From Eledone cirrhosa (lineage: Eukaryota): a stretch of 64,000 nucleotides of DNA. Position 1 is the stretch's first letter; each line of letters starts with the position of its first letter. Shown here piece after piece: positions 27,721 to 39,476 of the stretch. Both the position numbers and the translations under genes were made by a program. The stretch is taken from positions 13,764,001 through 13,828,000 of the forward strand of contig OZ024752.1 in NCBI GenBank assembly GCA_964016885.1, given 5' to 3'. The notes beneath the pieces were generated by a model. The model was not told the origin of the DNA. It searched no databases and worked only from the letters and a program-made list of their open reading frames with translations.

Positions 27721-28759
27721 ACTTTCATCCCACCCACCCGAGTTAATAAAATAACTTCCGATAATAGATTAGTCAACATACTGATTTAGCTTGTGACTTT
27801 ATTTGAAGAGTGTTAAGGCTGAAGCGATTACATGGTAGTGGAACCATTTTAGCTATTACAAAACAACAACAATGACAACAACACAACTGTTAGATTAACT
27901 TCACATTTATCATTTGTTTCGTGGTATCAACATTTTAATCGTAACATAGCTACTTACAGAGTTCCAGATATTTCTGAAAGGAGTTCCATTTATGCCCATT
28001 CCATCTTTTATCCTGTAGAATTTCCTCATCCTGTAAAACCTAACGTTTATATTTCTCAAGGTGTGATTTGAGGGACATTTGGGTGCTATTTTCGCAGTGA
28101 AGTATATTTTATATCAAGGTTAATTAAGATTGGAATTTGATTATTTCAATCTTGAAGGAGCTTCATGATAAATTACTAAACTTCGACATTACTTTAGAAT
28201 TGAAGCTAAAATTATCAAATCGCAGAGCTAACGCTAACTAATAACCGCACTGAGATATTCAATAGTTATCTTTAGCAGCGTCCATTTCTTTAATGGTTTA
28301 CTTAAAGGGAGCAAATCAATCAGCGGTATCTGTTGAAATTTAATTAGAAATGTTTGATCAATATCCCATTAATGTTAGAGTTCCACAACTCGGAAGGTAA
28401 CAACAACTACAAAAACCATAGTTGTCGTATCTCTAAATTGCTGAGATTTGACATCTTCAAATACATGATTTCACCTGCACAATTGACATTAGTTAAACAC
28501 CTGACGCAGTTTTAATGAGTCTAATGATTCCTAGATTGGCAACATTGTTAGCATGTCGGAAAAAAGTCCTTCCTTGCAGTATTTTGTCATAGTGTTTTAT
28601 ATTCTGATCTCGAATCTCACCAAGGTCAGCTTTGTATTTCATTCTACCTGAGGCGATAAAATAAAATCCGAGGTAAATATTTGAAGTAATATACTCGTGT
28701 AATGCAACAATTTGTACCACCAAGGTTGGCAAATCAATAAACTATACTAGTGGTTGCCA

Positions 28760-29180
28760 TCATTTCACTTTGTTTTATAGTTATTTTTAATGACGCCTTT
28801 CTGCTTACATTTGTGAAAATCTCTATTAAAATTTGGCTTCAATCAGGTAGCCCTTGCTTAAATGTAATGCCGCCACACATATATAAAATGGTAATGCCGA
28901 CACAGACACACAGTAAAAAGAAATTCAGCAGGAGTTGAGTTTTTATAGCTAAACCAAACTAAATATCTAAAGAACACTTTTCCACACAGATACTCACGCA
29001 CGTATGAGTAAAATAAACAGGGCGACCTAATAATGGCTGACATCTTTTCTTATGAGGTTATGTTGAATCAAATTAGTGTATTCGCCACGTAACAATTATA
29101 CCCTTTAAAGCAGCGGTCGCCAACCTTTCGGACCTTGCAGACCACTAAATTCATAATTTTAAATCCCATGGACCACTAAT
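28760..29180 (+). repeat. Dispersed direct duplication (~420 bp), copy 1
   Basis: Near-identical to 57355-57770, including the left end of an hAT MITE. Confidence 0.9.
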
Positions 29181-29359
29181 ATTAATTTTTTTTAAAAAGA
29201 TAGATACACTAAAATTACTGCACTAAAACATTTGAAACATCGTTTATCTTTGATTTTACCACTATTTATCTAATTTCAAGCTCAAATATTTTGAAGAAAC
29301 ACACGGACCGTAATGCAACAATATACGAGGGTCGGCTGACCACCGGTGGGCGACCGCTG
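29111..29359. mobile_element. hAT (Charlie-like) MITE
   Basis: TIRs CAGCGGTCGCCAACC / GGTGGGCGACCGCTG. Confidence 0.75.
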
Positions 29360-30372
29360 GACTAGACCATCGTCCTTTTTGACGTTGATTGTTCTATTTG
29401 TTAGATCACTGGAAAGATTGCTTGTGAAATTAATATGTAAGTGGCTCAGCAGATACATCCTCCCTTAATGGTGATTTAACATGACACAGTGTGTGAAGAA
29501 AAGGCTGGCATATTGGATAAAAGGTAGAACACATTTTTTCCAGCTGAGTGAAGTGGAGTAATGTGAAGTGAAGTAAAGTATCTGGTTCAGGAGACAACAC
29601 TCTGTTAGGAACTGAACTCGTCATTACGATCATTATCCTAACTCCCTAAACACTAAGCCAGGCCCCTTCACCGTACTTTCCTGTTATGCAGCTTTTACCA
29701 ATTTTTTTCTACCGAAAGACAATTTAAGAAATCAATAATCATACACCACCATTTTAGTCGTGTTTAAATGAAACAAATTTTCCCAAAAATGTAATACAAT
29801 TAAAATTTGATAATTTTCTTGGTGATAGATGTAGTTTTGGTTGTGGGAAATGTCGTATTGTAGTGCCTTATGCCTTATGTATAACATGCTCTTGAATGCA
29901 TTCGTGAGTTTTATATCGAATAAAAATAATAATATTCGATTCATTTGAACAAAAGGATGGCGATGGTCATCTAAAAACTATAGCGTAATGAGGCTGGTTG
30001 CTTGCAAATAAATCGAATATTATTATCATTCTATATAAAACTAACGAATACATTTATGTATCTGCTGTGTTAGAGCGAAAAAGTAAATTCTAGTTTTTTT
30101 TTAATTTAATTTTCTAGAACATTTTACCTTTTATCAAATATTTGAAGTATAAAAGTTTAAGTTTTTATACATTTAAGTGGATTTTGTTTTTAAATTAGAC
30201 ATGGCATTGCTGAGTGGGTAGGAATATTGCTATGTAATCATTCGGGTCCAGGTTCGATTCTATTGCTTGGCATGTTGGATAAATGTCAAATCATACTCCA
30301 GCCTTGGGTAGATCAAAGCCTTGTAATTAGACAGGTGTTCGGAAGTCGGTTGAATGAACAGTTAAATTCCTC

Positions 30373-30795
30373 ATCTGGGCTGCCACATGCAGAGACACTT
30401 TCCCCAGTGGCAACCTGTTTCAGTCTATGACTAGTCCTAGCTCTGCTGCACTTCAGGCCGAAGAGGGTAAACTCTCCAAACATCAATCGCTCTCCGACAG
30501 GTTTGCAGTCGACCCCACAGCAGTGGAGACTTCTGGTGTCCTTGGCACTAGGACCACCTCCCTACTCACCACCATCATTGGCACAGAGTTGGTTTCCCAC
30601 AAGTGTGAATTTGTGTGCTGGAATGGCTCTTTCAACGCATCTCGCTGGGGAAAAACTTTCTCTGTTCGGTCCACAGGGGCCGCGGGAAGGCCAGCATGTG
30701 GGCCTCCATTTGCTTACAACAGTGAGAGTTGGGGAGAGTGAGAGAGACGGAGGTGGTGAGAATGAGCATTTGTTTCACTTATGTCCAGACCTTAT
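30373..30795 (+). mobile_element. CRE-clade non-LTR 3' fragment
   Basis: AEEGKLSKHQSLSDRFAVDPTAVETSGVLG... (K..KY / P.AVET.G motif of the CRE RLE domain). Confidence 0.75.
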
Positions 30796-30885
30796 ATATA
30801 TATTAATATATATATATATATTTATATATATATATATATATATATAAATTTCACAATAATCAAAACGATGTTCAAAACATTTTAT

Positions 30886-30932
30886 TGCTGACAATCGTTT
30901 CTTCCAAACTTTCGTTTCGAATCATCGGAGCA
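30886..30932 (-). ncRNA. Minimal type I hammerhead-ribozyme-like motif (left arm)
   Basis: TGCT-CCGATGA-TTCGAAAC-GAAA-GTTTGGAA-GAAAC-GATT-GTC^AGCA; core has U4C. Confidence 0.6.
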
Positions 30933-32009
30933 CTAGCAAAGTTTAGACATATAATTAACTTCCTATTCGACAGAATAATCATATAGATACATAGATAATA
31001 ATGTTGTTATCAACAGTTTCATATTTACAGAGTGGATGTGACAGAAGTTACAAGAGAATAGTATAACAATTAAAGATGCATTAAGGCAGAAAGTTACTCG
31101 CAAAACGAGGACATTAGCAGTACATATGCAAGCGTATAGAGAGTGCAAATGTGTTAGGCATGTACAAGATAGCTAGATAGGAAACAAGCAATGGTACTAG
31201 GCATATATATTACAGTATGACAAAGGTATCACATAATATAACACAGGTCTACAAGCATATTAAGCAGACAAAGATGTTTGTGTATTAAAAGTAGTTTCTA
31301 TGAAGTTTATGGTGGATGTAGAGTGATAATTGTTCATGTAATGTTCAAATGTGCGTGTGTTGTGACTATTAATATCAAGGTTTTCTTTTCCATTACATTA
31401 GTTATATTTTAGTGAATGTTTATAAGTAGTTACAACTATGGATTGTATATTGGTCTTATTACACTCTTATTCAGGGTTCGAGTCGTTCTAGAGTGATCTT
31501 TCTAATGGTTTAATTTCCGGAAGTGAGTTAGAGATCTATATTAAGGGGAGCTAATGTGAAAGGGGAGGCAATTAGCGATTAATTTGTATATAATAGAAAA
31601 AATGTATAGTTGTTTACAGCTCCAATTTGTTAAATTCCTTGTGCTAATATACATTATATTATGTTATCCCTTATATATAATGCTATTTATTTATATATTT
31701 AATTCTAAATACAATCTATTTTCCTATAATACATTAAAGGTCTCATTATATTATTATTTATCTATTACTTAATAAAATATAATTAAGTTATAGTAGTTAT
31801 ATTAAATGGTGGTAACTTTGTTTATTCTTAATAGTTATTGTAGTGTATAAGATTTGAGATAAATAGGAGGTAAGTAAAGGAATGAGCTGATCATAGAGTG
31901 TGATGCTGTGTAACTATATGCTGGGTAATTATATGCTGGGTAATTATATGCTGATAAAACCTAGAGGTGAAGTGTTAATGGTGGTGAGGATTCCAGATCT
32001 GACATTGTT

Positions 32010-32510
32010 ATATACTATAACTTATATAATATAGCTTATATACTATAACTTATATACTATACTATAACTTATATACTATAACTTATATACTATAACTTAT
32101 ATACTATAGCTTATATACTATAACATATAACTTATATACTATAACTTATATACTATAACTTATATACTATAGCTTATATACTATAACTTATATACTATAG
32201 CTTATATACTATAACTTATATACTATAACTTATATACTATAACTTATGTACTATAACTTATGTACTATAGCTTATATACTATAGCTTATATACTATAACT
32301 TATATACTATAATTTATATACTATAATTTATATACTATAACATATATACTATAACTTATAGTATATAAGTTATATACTATAGCTTATGTACTATAGCTTA
32401 TGTACTATAACTTATGTACTATAACTTATGTACTATAACTTATGTACTATAACTTATGTACTATAACTTATGTACTATGACTTATGTACTATGACTTATA
32501 TACTATAGCT
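32010..32510. repeat. 13-bp AT-rich minisatellite in the loop of the foldback
   Basis: TATACTATAACTT repeated, one inverted unit near 32357-32372. Confidence 0.9.
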
Positions 32511-32551
32511 TACATATATTTTATTCAGTAATGGATAGATAATAATATAAT

Positions 32552-32719
32552 TGTTTCTACTTTTGGCACAAGGCCAGCAATTACCCAGCAATTACCCCTG
32601 GTACTTCATTTTATCGACCCCGTAAGGCAAAGTTAACCTCGGCGGGATTTGAACTCAGACAGTAAAGGGACGTAGCTCTATGCTTCAAAGCATGGTGTCC
32701 GACTCTCTACCGATACTGC
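32552..32719 (-). mobile_element. Main-family SINE inserted in the right arm, 11-bp TSD
   Basis: AATAATATAAT at 32541-32551 and 32720-32730; the left arm has the empty site. Confidence 0.85.
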
Positions 32720-33539
32720 AATAATATAATGAGACCTTTAATGTATTATAGGAAAATAGATTGTATTTAAAATTAAATATATAAATGAATAGCATTATAT
32801 ATAGGGGATTCAATATAATGTATATTAGCACAAGGAATTTAACTAATTGGAGCTGTAAACAACTATACATTTTTTCTATCATATACAAATTAATCGCTAA
32901 TTACCTCCCCTTTCACATTAGCTCCCCTTAATATATATCTCTAACTCACTTCCGGAAATTAAATCATTAGAAGGATCACTCTAGAACAACTCGAACCCTG
33001 AATAACAGTGTAATAGGAGCAATATACAATCCATAGTTGTAACTACTTATAAACATTCACTAAAATATAACCAATGTAATGGAAAAGAAAACCTTGATAT
33101 TAATAGTCACAACACACGCACATTTGAACATTACAGGAGCAATTATCACACTACATCCACCATAAACTTCATAGAAACTACTTTTAATACACATGCATCT
33201 TTGTCTGCTTAATATGCTTGTAGACCTGTGTTATATTATGTGATACCTTTGTCATACTGTAATATATATGCCTAGTACCATTGCTTGTTTCCTACCTAGC
33301 TATCTTGTACATGCCTAACACATTTGCACTCTCTATACGCTTGCATATGTACAGCTAATGTCCTCGTTTTGCGAGTAACTTTCTGCCTTAATGCATCTTT
33401 AATTGTTATACTATTCTCTTGTAACTTCTGTCACATCCACTCTGTAAATATGAAACTGTTGATGACAACATTAATATCTATGTATCTATATGATTGTTCT
33501 GTCGTATAGGAAGTTAATTATATGTCTAAACTTTGCTAG

Positions 33540-33586
33540 TGCTCCGATGAATCGAAACGAAAGTTTGGAAGAAACGATTGTCAGCA
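33540..33586 (+). ncRNA. Minimal type I hammerhead-ribozyme-like motif (right arm)
   Basis: TGCT-CCGATGA-ATCGAAAC-GAAA-GTTTGGAA-GAAAC-GATT-GTC^AGCA then AATAAA at 33586-33591. Confidence 0.6.
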
Positions 33587-33757
33587 ATAAAATGTTTTGA
33601 ACATAGATTTGATTATTGTGTAATTTATATTCCTGCTCTTTAAGACATCTGATGTATTTTCATTGAGCTATTTTTCTTACTGGTAATAAGGTAGTAAGGA
33701 ATTACTGACCTTTCCTGTTTATAATTATATATAGTGTATATATAAGAATACATAATA

Positions 33758-33797
<40 letters not shown>

Positions 33798-34231
33798 AAA
33801 GGTAAACAGATAGAACAACATAATCGGTACAGTATATGGACAGTTAATCGAACAATTGGAACACTCATCGTCAAAACATTCGCCTGTGTCCTATTCCAAA
33901 TCGTCCGAAGACGTTTATATACAAAACGACAGTATGTTCCCATCTCTCTCTCACTCATATACACTTATATGTTTATGATAAAAGTAAACATGGTAAATAT
34001 AGAATTATGGTGAAAATATTTCGACAGCAATACAAATCCACAATCACCAAATAAAACAGATCTTCTTACCAATGGCATAATCTGTAAAATTTTACTTTTT
34101 GCAGAAACACAGAACAGAAATAAGGTAATTCAATTTTAGCCTTGCTCTTTGTTATATTATATATATGGATTTTAGTTTTCAAATTTATTATTATTACTAT
34201 ATATATATATATATATATATATACACTCACA

Positions 34232-34309
34232 CAGGGTGTCCCCAAAAATGTATACACATATTTATTAGAATGCTGTGGAAGTGTGTATACATTTTTGCGG
34301 GGCACTCTG
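34232..34309. mobile_element. Short Tc1/mariner-type palindromic MITE
   Basis: CAGGGTGTCCCCAAAAATGTATACACA ... TGTGTATACATTTTTGCGGGGCACTCTG. Confidence 0.7.
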
Positions 34310-35042
34310 TATGTACACAAACTACTCACAGAACACATGAAGAAAAAATATATAGCATGTAATAATATAAGATTGTTATAATAATCGAAAATGGTTATTT
34401 TTAATGTAACAATTATAAAGTTATTCATCTTTTCGAATTAAAGAAATAATTATCTTTAAATATATTTCTGTGCATTTTCATCTTCACTTTTTAACTATGT
34501 ATGTAATATAGGAGAAGAAAGATATATACTTTATATCATCTCTATTAATTTTATAATATTTCGAAGATGTAAAGTTTTATATATAACAAAAAACCAAAAC
34601 ATGTCCTCTTCAGACAAAATACGTACGAAATGAATAATCTTTTTACGATATGGTAGTAGACAAAGGATATATATATATATATATATTCATTTTGGGATTT
34701 GTTTTGTGAGATTTATTATCTGAAAACGTGTGTTGAAACAGATATTGTTATACTTTGGGAGGGTCATGCTGCCACTAAAAACACACGCACCTGTATTATC
34801 ATCTGCGCCTTATCACCTAAGAATAAGGTCAAACAATAAATCTGAGCATTTAATCATTACAAAATAGTGAATGACATATATATATATTTATGATATATAT
34901 ACGTAGAATAGAACATATCAACTTCAACGGGAGATAATCTATATTAATTGTAAGAACACGTGGTTCATTTCGGTATCATGTTAACATTTAACAATTTAGA
35001 TACCTGATAAAAATTATATTTTCCTTTATACGTATCCTTCAG

Positions 35043-35170
35043 AAATCATGAATACATTTCACCAAAATGTCAGTGAATTAGATGATCGATCTGGATCGTC
35101 AGAAAAGGAAATCGATCCATTTCAACTTACACAACTGAGAACAGCGAAAGAAACACATGATGTTATCAAA
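35043..35170 (+). CDS. Candidate internal exon, unknown protein (IMNTFHQNVSELDDRSGSSEKEIDPFQLTQLRTAKETHDVIK)
   Basis: Pyrimidine-rich acceptor TTTTCCTTTATACGTATCCTTCAG, open non-repetitive frame, donor AAA|GTATCA; phase-compatible with ATG exon 34601-34622 (MSSSDKI). Confidence 0.3.
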
Positions 35171-35432
35171 GTATCACTGTATATTGTCACTGTCCCAGTG
35201 ACGTGAAAGGGTCTAAGGACAACAAGAAATAGCAGCCTAATCTCTCAACATAGTGGAAGCTCAACCAAGTAGGAGCATAAATATATTACATTTAAAATTA
35301 TGTCATGTTTGAGATAATCTCGAACATGCGCCTTATCGCCTAAGAATAAGCGCAAAGAATAAATCATTTAATTACAAAATAGTGAATGACATATATACAT
35401 ACATATATATCTGTTGATATATATAATATATA

Positions 35433-35846
35433 CAATTACAATTTCATTTGACGAATCATTACATGCATATATATTTGCGTATACTATCAATATGCACACT
35501 ACATATGCTAGCAGAAAACTACTCGAAGGGTGGTTTTTCTGCTAGTATATCTAATCATATATACGTACAATAGAACATATCAACTTTAACAGGAGATTAT
35601 ATCTGGTATTTATATTTTAAATTTTGTTAAATTTTAATACGGTACCTAATGAACCACGTGTTCTTACATTCGATACAGATTATCTCTTGTTAAAGTTGAT
35701 ATCTTCTATTGTACGTATATATGATTAGATATACTAGCAGAAAAACCACCCTTCGAGTAGTTTTCTGCTAGCATGTGTAGTGTGCATATTGATAGTATAC
35801 GCAAATATATATGCATGTAATGATTCGTCAAATGAAATTGTAATTG
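35433..35846. repeat. Inverted repeat, ~165-bp arms, ~70-bp spacer
   Basis: CAATTACAATTTCATTTGACGAATC... versus ...GATTCGTCAAATGAAATTGTAATTG. Confidence 0.9.
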
Positions 35847-36479
35847 ACAATATACACAGAAATTGAAGTGAGGCTGTGTTACACTCTCTTCTGTAATCAG
35901 TAAAGTAATCCATGATACATCTAAAAAAGACGATATTATATATAAACTGCATTACGGTGAAATGTAATGAAGATGAAAAAGCAGAAAACTAGCGACGGAA
36001 ATATCAACGTTATATCACGATGCAAATAAATGAATGTTTATGTAAGCGATGTGATATAGCTATGGACCCTAACCGGAAATGTAGACATATGAAAATATTA
36101 AAGAAGTGAATCTTATAATAAACTATATATAACTTATATATAAAACTATTTGTTTAATCAATAGCTACGAAATTTAGGAGATAAATCACATAATATTCAT
36201 TCATGATTTATTCAAAGTAATCCTATATTTTAATAACGTGTTCAGAAAAAATATCCCTGACAGTCTCGCAGTCCTCCAATCATTATATATTGGATATGTA
36301 TGTATATTTGTAAATATGTCATTCACTAGTTTGTAATGATGCTCCATCATCCACTTTTCTAAAAAAACAAATCATACACAAAACGCCAGCACCAACAGTT
36401 TTGAAAGAGATCTCAACATGAATAGACCTATTATTTTTATCTAAAGACATTTTTTCCAATTCCATCCCGCCCGTCCCCT

Positions 36480-36619
36480 TAATCTATTATATTTCTAATT
36501 CTTTCTTCTGATGAAGGACTAGCGTCCGAAACGTTTAGACCCTCTTCCTGCTATACCAAGCGTTAACCTAATATATACCTTCCATATGCTGTACCGATTG
36601 TGTTGTTATTTCTGTTTAC

Positions 36620-36625
<6 letters not shown>
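36480..36625 (+). mobile_element. Penelope-like pLTR remnant with hammerhead-like core
   Basis: CTGATGAA-GGAC-TAGC-GTCC-GAAACGTTT; homologous to 3900-4070. Confidence 0.5.
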
Positions 36626-36665
<40 letters not shown>

Positions 36666-37164
36666 GTGTGTGTGTGTGATAGGATAAACGGAGAAGGCAT
36701 GATTAGAAATACTTATTTAATTATACATTCTAACATAGTGTCTACGAGAGATGTTTAGAGATATTATTGTTTCTAATTATTCTCACATAATGCAATGTTA
36801 CTCAATGATTCTTCAGAGAAGAAATACAATTTTTATAATTTCCAGTGACACTAGTATTGAATACAAATAGGAAGAATTGATAAGTTGACCTATGGGTTTC
36901 CAGCAATTTTTGGTACTACATAAATGAGATATGTCATAGTCTAAGAAACATTTATAACAGTTGATGCTTAGATCTGTTTAGTCATGGCTGACTTCTGGCT
37001 AAGATCAAGTCTTCCAAGTTTGAGAATTCAACCTGAGATTTACATTCTCCACTGAAGTGTTTCGAAAATTCGTGGAAATAGCACCGACAGGGTAAACACT
37101 GTATTCTGTTTGGGCATCTTTAACAAAGAAGAAAACTTAAGTGTCTATACTGCATTTTATCATT

Positions 37165-37620
37165 CACATTCGCTATCTTCAATTTGGTATTTGAGCCAAC
37201 GCTTACACATGGTCATGGATATTAGGTAGTGACTGAAAGAATACGATCACGAATACAAGTAACCGAAATGGGGTTCCTTCGAAGTGTCTTTGGAGTAAAG
37301 TTACTTGATAGTGCGTAGCTCGAAGATCAGTGAGTCACTCCAGGTAGAGCTGGAACTTCTGTGAATTGAGAGATCACAGTTCCGATACTACGGACATGTG
37401 GTTAGAATGTCTCTGGAAAGAATTGCTGGACAGATTTTACAGGTGAAACGAATCGGAAGGAGACCCAGCAAGATGAAAGGATAATATCCATGAGCTTGGC
37501 TGGTGTCGTTTGGGGATCTAGCCGGATGGCTGGTGTCGTTTGGGGATCTAGTTGGAGATGGTTGTTTCTAAATGGACCTACTGGAAAGAGTATGCACGAC
37601 CCTCCCAGGATTAAGTAGGT
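37165..37620 (+). pseudogene. RTE (Expander/Rex3-like) 3' fragment
   Basis: EPTLTHGH..VVTERIRSRIQVTEMGFLR...IERSQFRYYGHVVRM...GRRP; homologue at 55560-55835. Confidence 0.8.
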
Positions 37621-37719
37621 GAAAACCACTGCGTTATCATAGCCAGATCACATCCTGACTCGCTCAAGGATGTGATAACTTATGTTAGACAACTGCTAAC
37701 TAATTTTATAGAATACTGA

Positions 37720-37841
37720 TCATTTAATACGTGTTTGTACAAAATTCCATGTGAAGATTTTGGCCCAGGGCCCATAGAATTGTTCTTGCACAAAAAGGTT
37801 TGATGGTTGTCTCGCAGAAAGCTTTGCATCAAACTTTTCAA
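37720..37841 (-). CDS. Candidate exon, unknown protein (VEKFDAKLSARQPSNLFVQEQFYGPWAKIFTWNFVQTRIK*)
   Basis: Acceptor CCCTAATTTCTTATCACAG; 90-bp intron to the upstream exon; phase-compatible open frame. Confidence 0.35.
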
Positions 37842-37931
37842 CTGTGATAAGAAATTAGGGTATTTCTTGTTGCAAATACACAAGAAGTTATTACATTTTG
37901 TAACGTCAAGTTCATCACACAGAAGACTTAC

Positions 37932-37982
37932 CTGTCAGCATTCCAGATGTGTTGAATTGTTTGTTCAGTTCAAGGAAATAAT
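37932..37982 (-). CDS. Candidate 51-nt exon (YFLELNKQFNTSGMLT)
   Basis: Acceptor CCTTATTTAACAG, consensus donor CAG|GTAAGT, only one open frame (phase 1-1). Confidence 0.4.
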
Positions 37983-37994
37983 CTGTTAAATAAG

Positions 37995-38294
37995 GATATC
38001 ACATGTCAAGTAAATCTGGGATATCAGATGTCATGTAAGTCTGGGATATCAGATGTAAGGTACGTCTGGGATATCAGGTGTCAAGTAAGTCTGGGATATC
38101 AGATGTCAAGTAAGTCTGGGATATCAGATGTCAAGTAAGTCTGGGATATCAGATGTCAAGTAAGTCTGGGATATCAGATGTCAAGTAAGTCTGGGATATC
38201 AGATGTCAAGTAAGTCTGGGATATCAGATGTCAAGTAAGTCTGGGATATCAGATGTCAAGTAAGTCTGGGATATCAGATGTCAAGTAAGTCTGG
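37995..38294. repeat. 25-bp minisatellite (~12 copies)
   Basis: TAAGTCTGGGATATCAGATGTCAAG repeated. Confidence 0.95.
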
Positions 38295-39037
38295 CAAGCT
38301 CCACTCGTATTCTTCCCTTTTAAAAGTATTTCTCTCTATTTTATTCTTTCATTCACAATTCTATTTTTGTCCCGATAGATCTAACAGTTTTTAGTCAGTC
38401 TCTCTTTCTTACTCTCTCTCTTTCTTACTCTCTCTTTCTCTTTCTTACTCTCTTTCTCTTTCTTACTCTTACTCTCTCTCTTTCTCTTTCTTACTCTTTC
38501 TCTTTCTCTTTCTTACTCTTTCTCTTTCTCTCTCTTTCTCTTTCTTACTCTTTCTCTTTTTCCCTCTCTCCCTATCTCTCTCTCTCTTTTACTCTCTCTC
38601 TCTCTCTTTTACTCTCTCTCTTTATCTATCTCTTTCTTACTATCTCTCTCTTTCTTACTATCTCTCTCTTTCTTACTCTCTCTTTCTTTCTTACTTTCAT
38701 CCCCTGTCTATCTTTATCACACACTGTCACTCTGACAAACTACATGTCAGTCTCACGCCCCTCGTCTATCAGTTTCACCCCCCTTCTGTTTCACACCCCT
38801 CGTCTATCAGCTTCACCCCCCCCGTCTATCTGTTTCACGCCTCCCCTTCCCCGCCTATCAGTTTCACGCCTCCCCTTCCCCGTCTCTCTGTTTCACCCCC
38901 TATCACTGACATACTATATGTCTATATACCCCGAAAGCCATTTTCTATTTAACATTGACAATATTTCAATAAAAGATCTCTGTCAGTTATTTTAGTGAAA
39001 CTTTTAGTTGCCAGAATTGACTGTATCATAAGTTATG

Positions 39038-39077
<40 letters not shown>

Positions 39078-39476
39078 ATATATGCATTTGTTTATGCGCT
39101 CAACAATATGTATGCGCCATTGTGTGTATATCTGTATAATTGTTTATGTAGTCATATATCTGTACGTGTGTATGAATGAGACATAGTTAAATGAATGTGT
39201 GTGTTTTTATGTGAGTGTATGTGTACGTATGAGTGCGTGTGTGTGTGTATATGAGTGTGAGAGGGAGAGTGCGCGACGACGTGTGTATGAGTGTGTGAGA
39301 GTATATAAGTGTGTATATATATTCGTGTGTATATGTGTCAGTGTGTAATATATATTTGTTTTAGATGCACCAGATCTATGTTGACTCTTGATCTTTTCAT
39401 AGTGTTCAATTACTGTCGGTAACTGATCAAAGAACATTGACAGATAAATATATCTAATACTAGAGATATAAATAAA

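Larger units (their letters stand above)
30842..33630. mobile_element. Large inverted repeat (arms ~30842-31800 and ~32500-33630), Penelope-pLTR-like foldback
   Basis: Arms are reverse complements with few differences (mirrored ORFs 30963-31148/33324-33509 and 31584-31772/32685-32888); each arm ends in a hammerhead-like motif plus AATAAA. Confidence 0.85.

Noticed and set aside
37720-37841. Resemblance of EQFYGP / GPGPK to the GGQ motif of mitochondrial release factors
   Set aside because: GGQ is absent, and the similarity needs two different frames.
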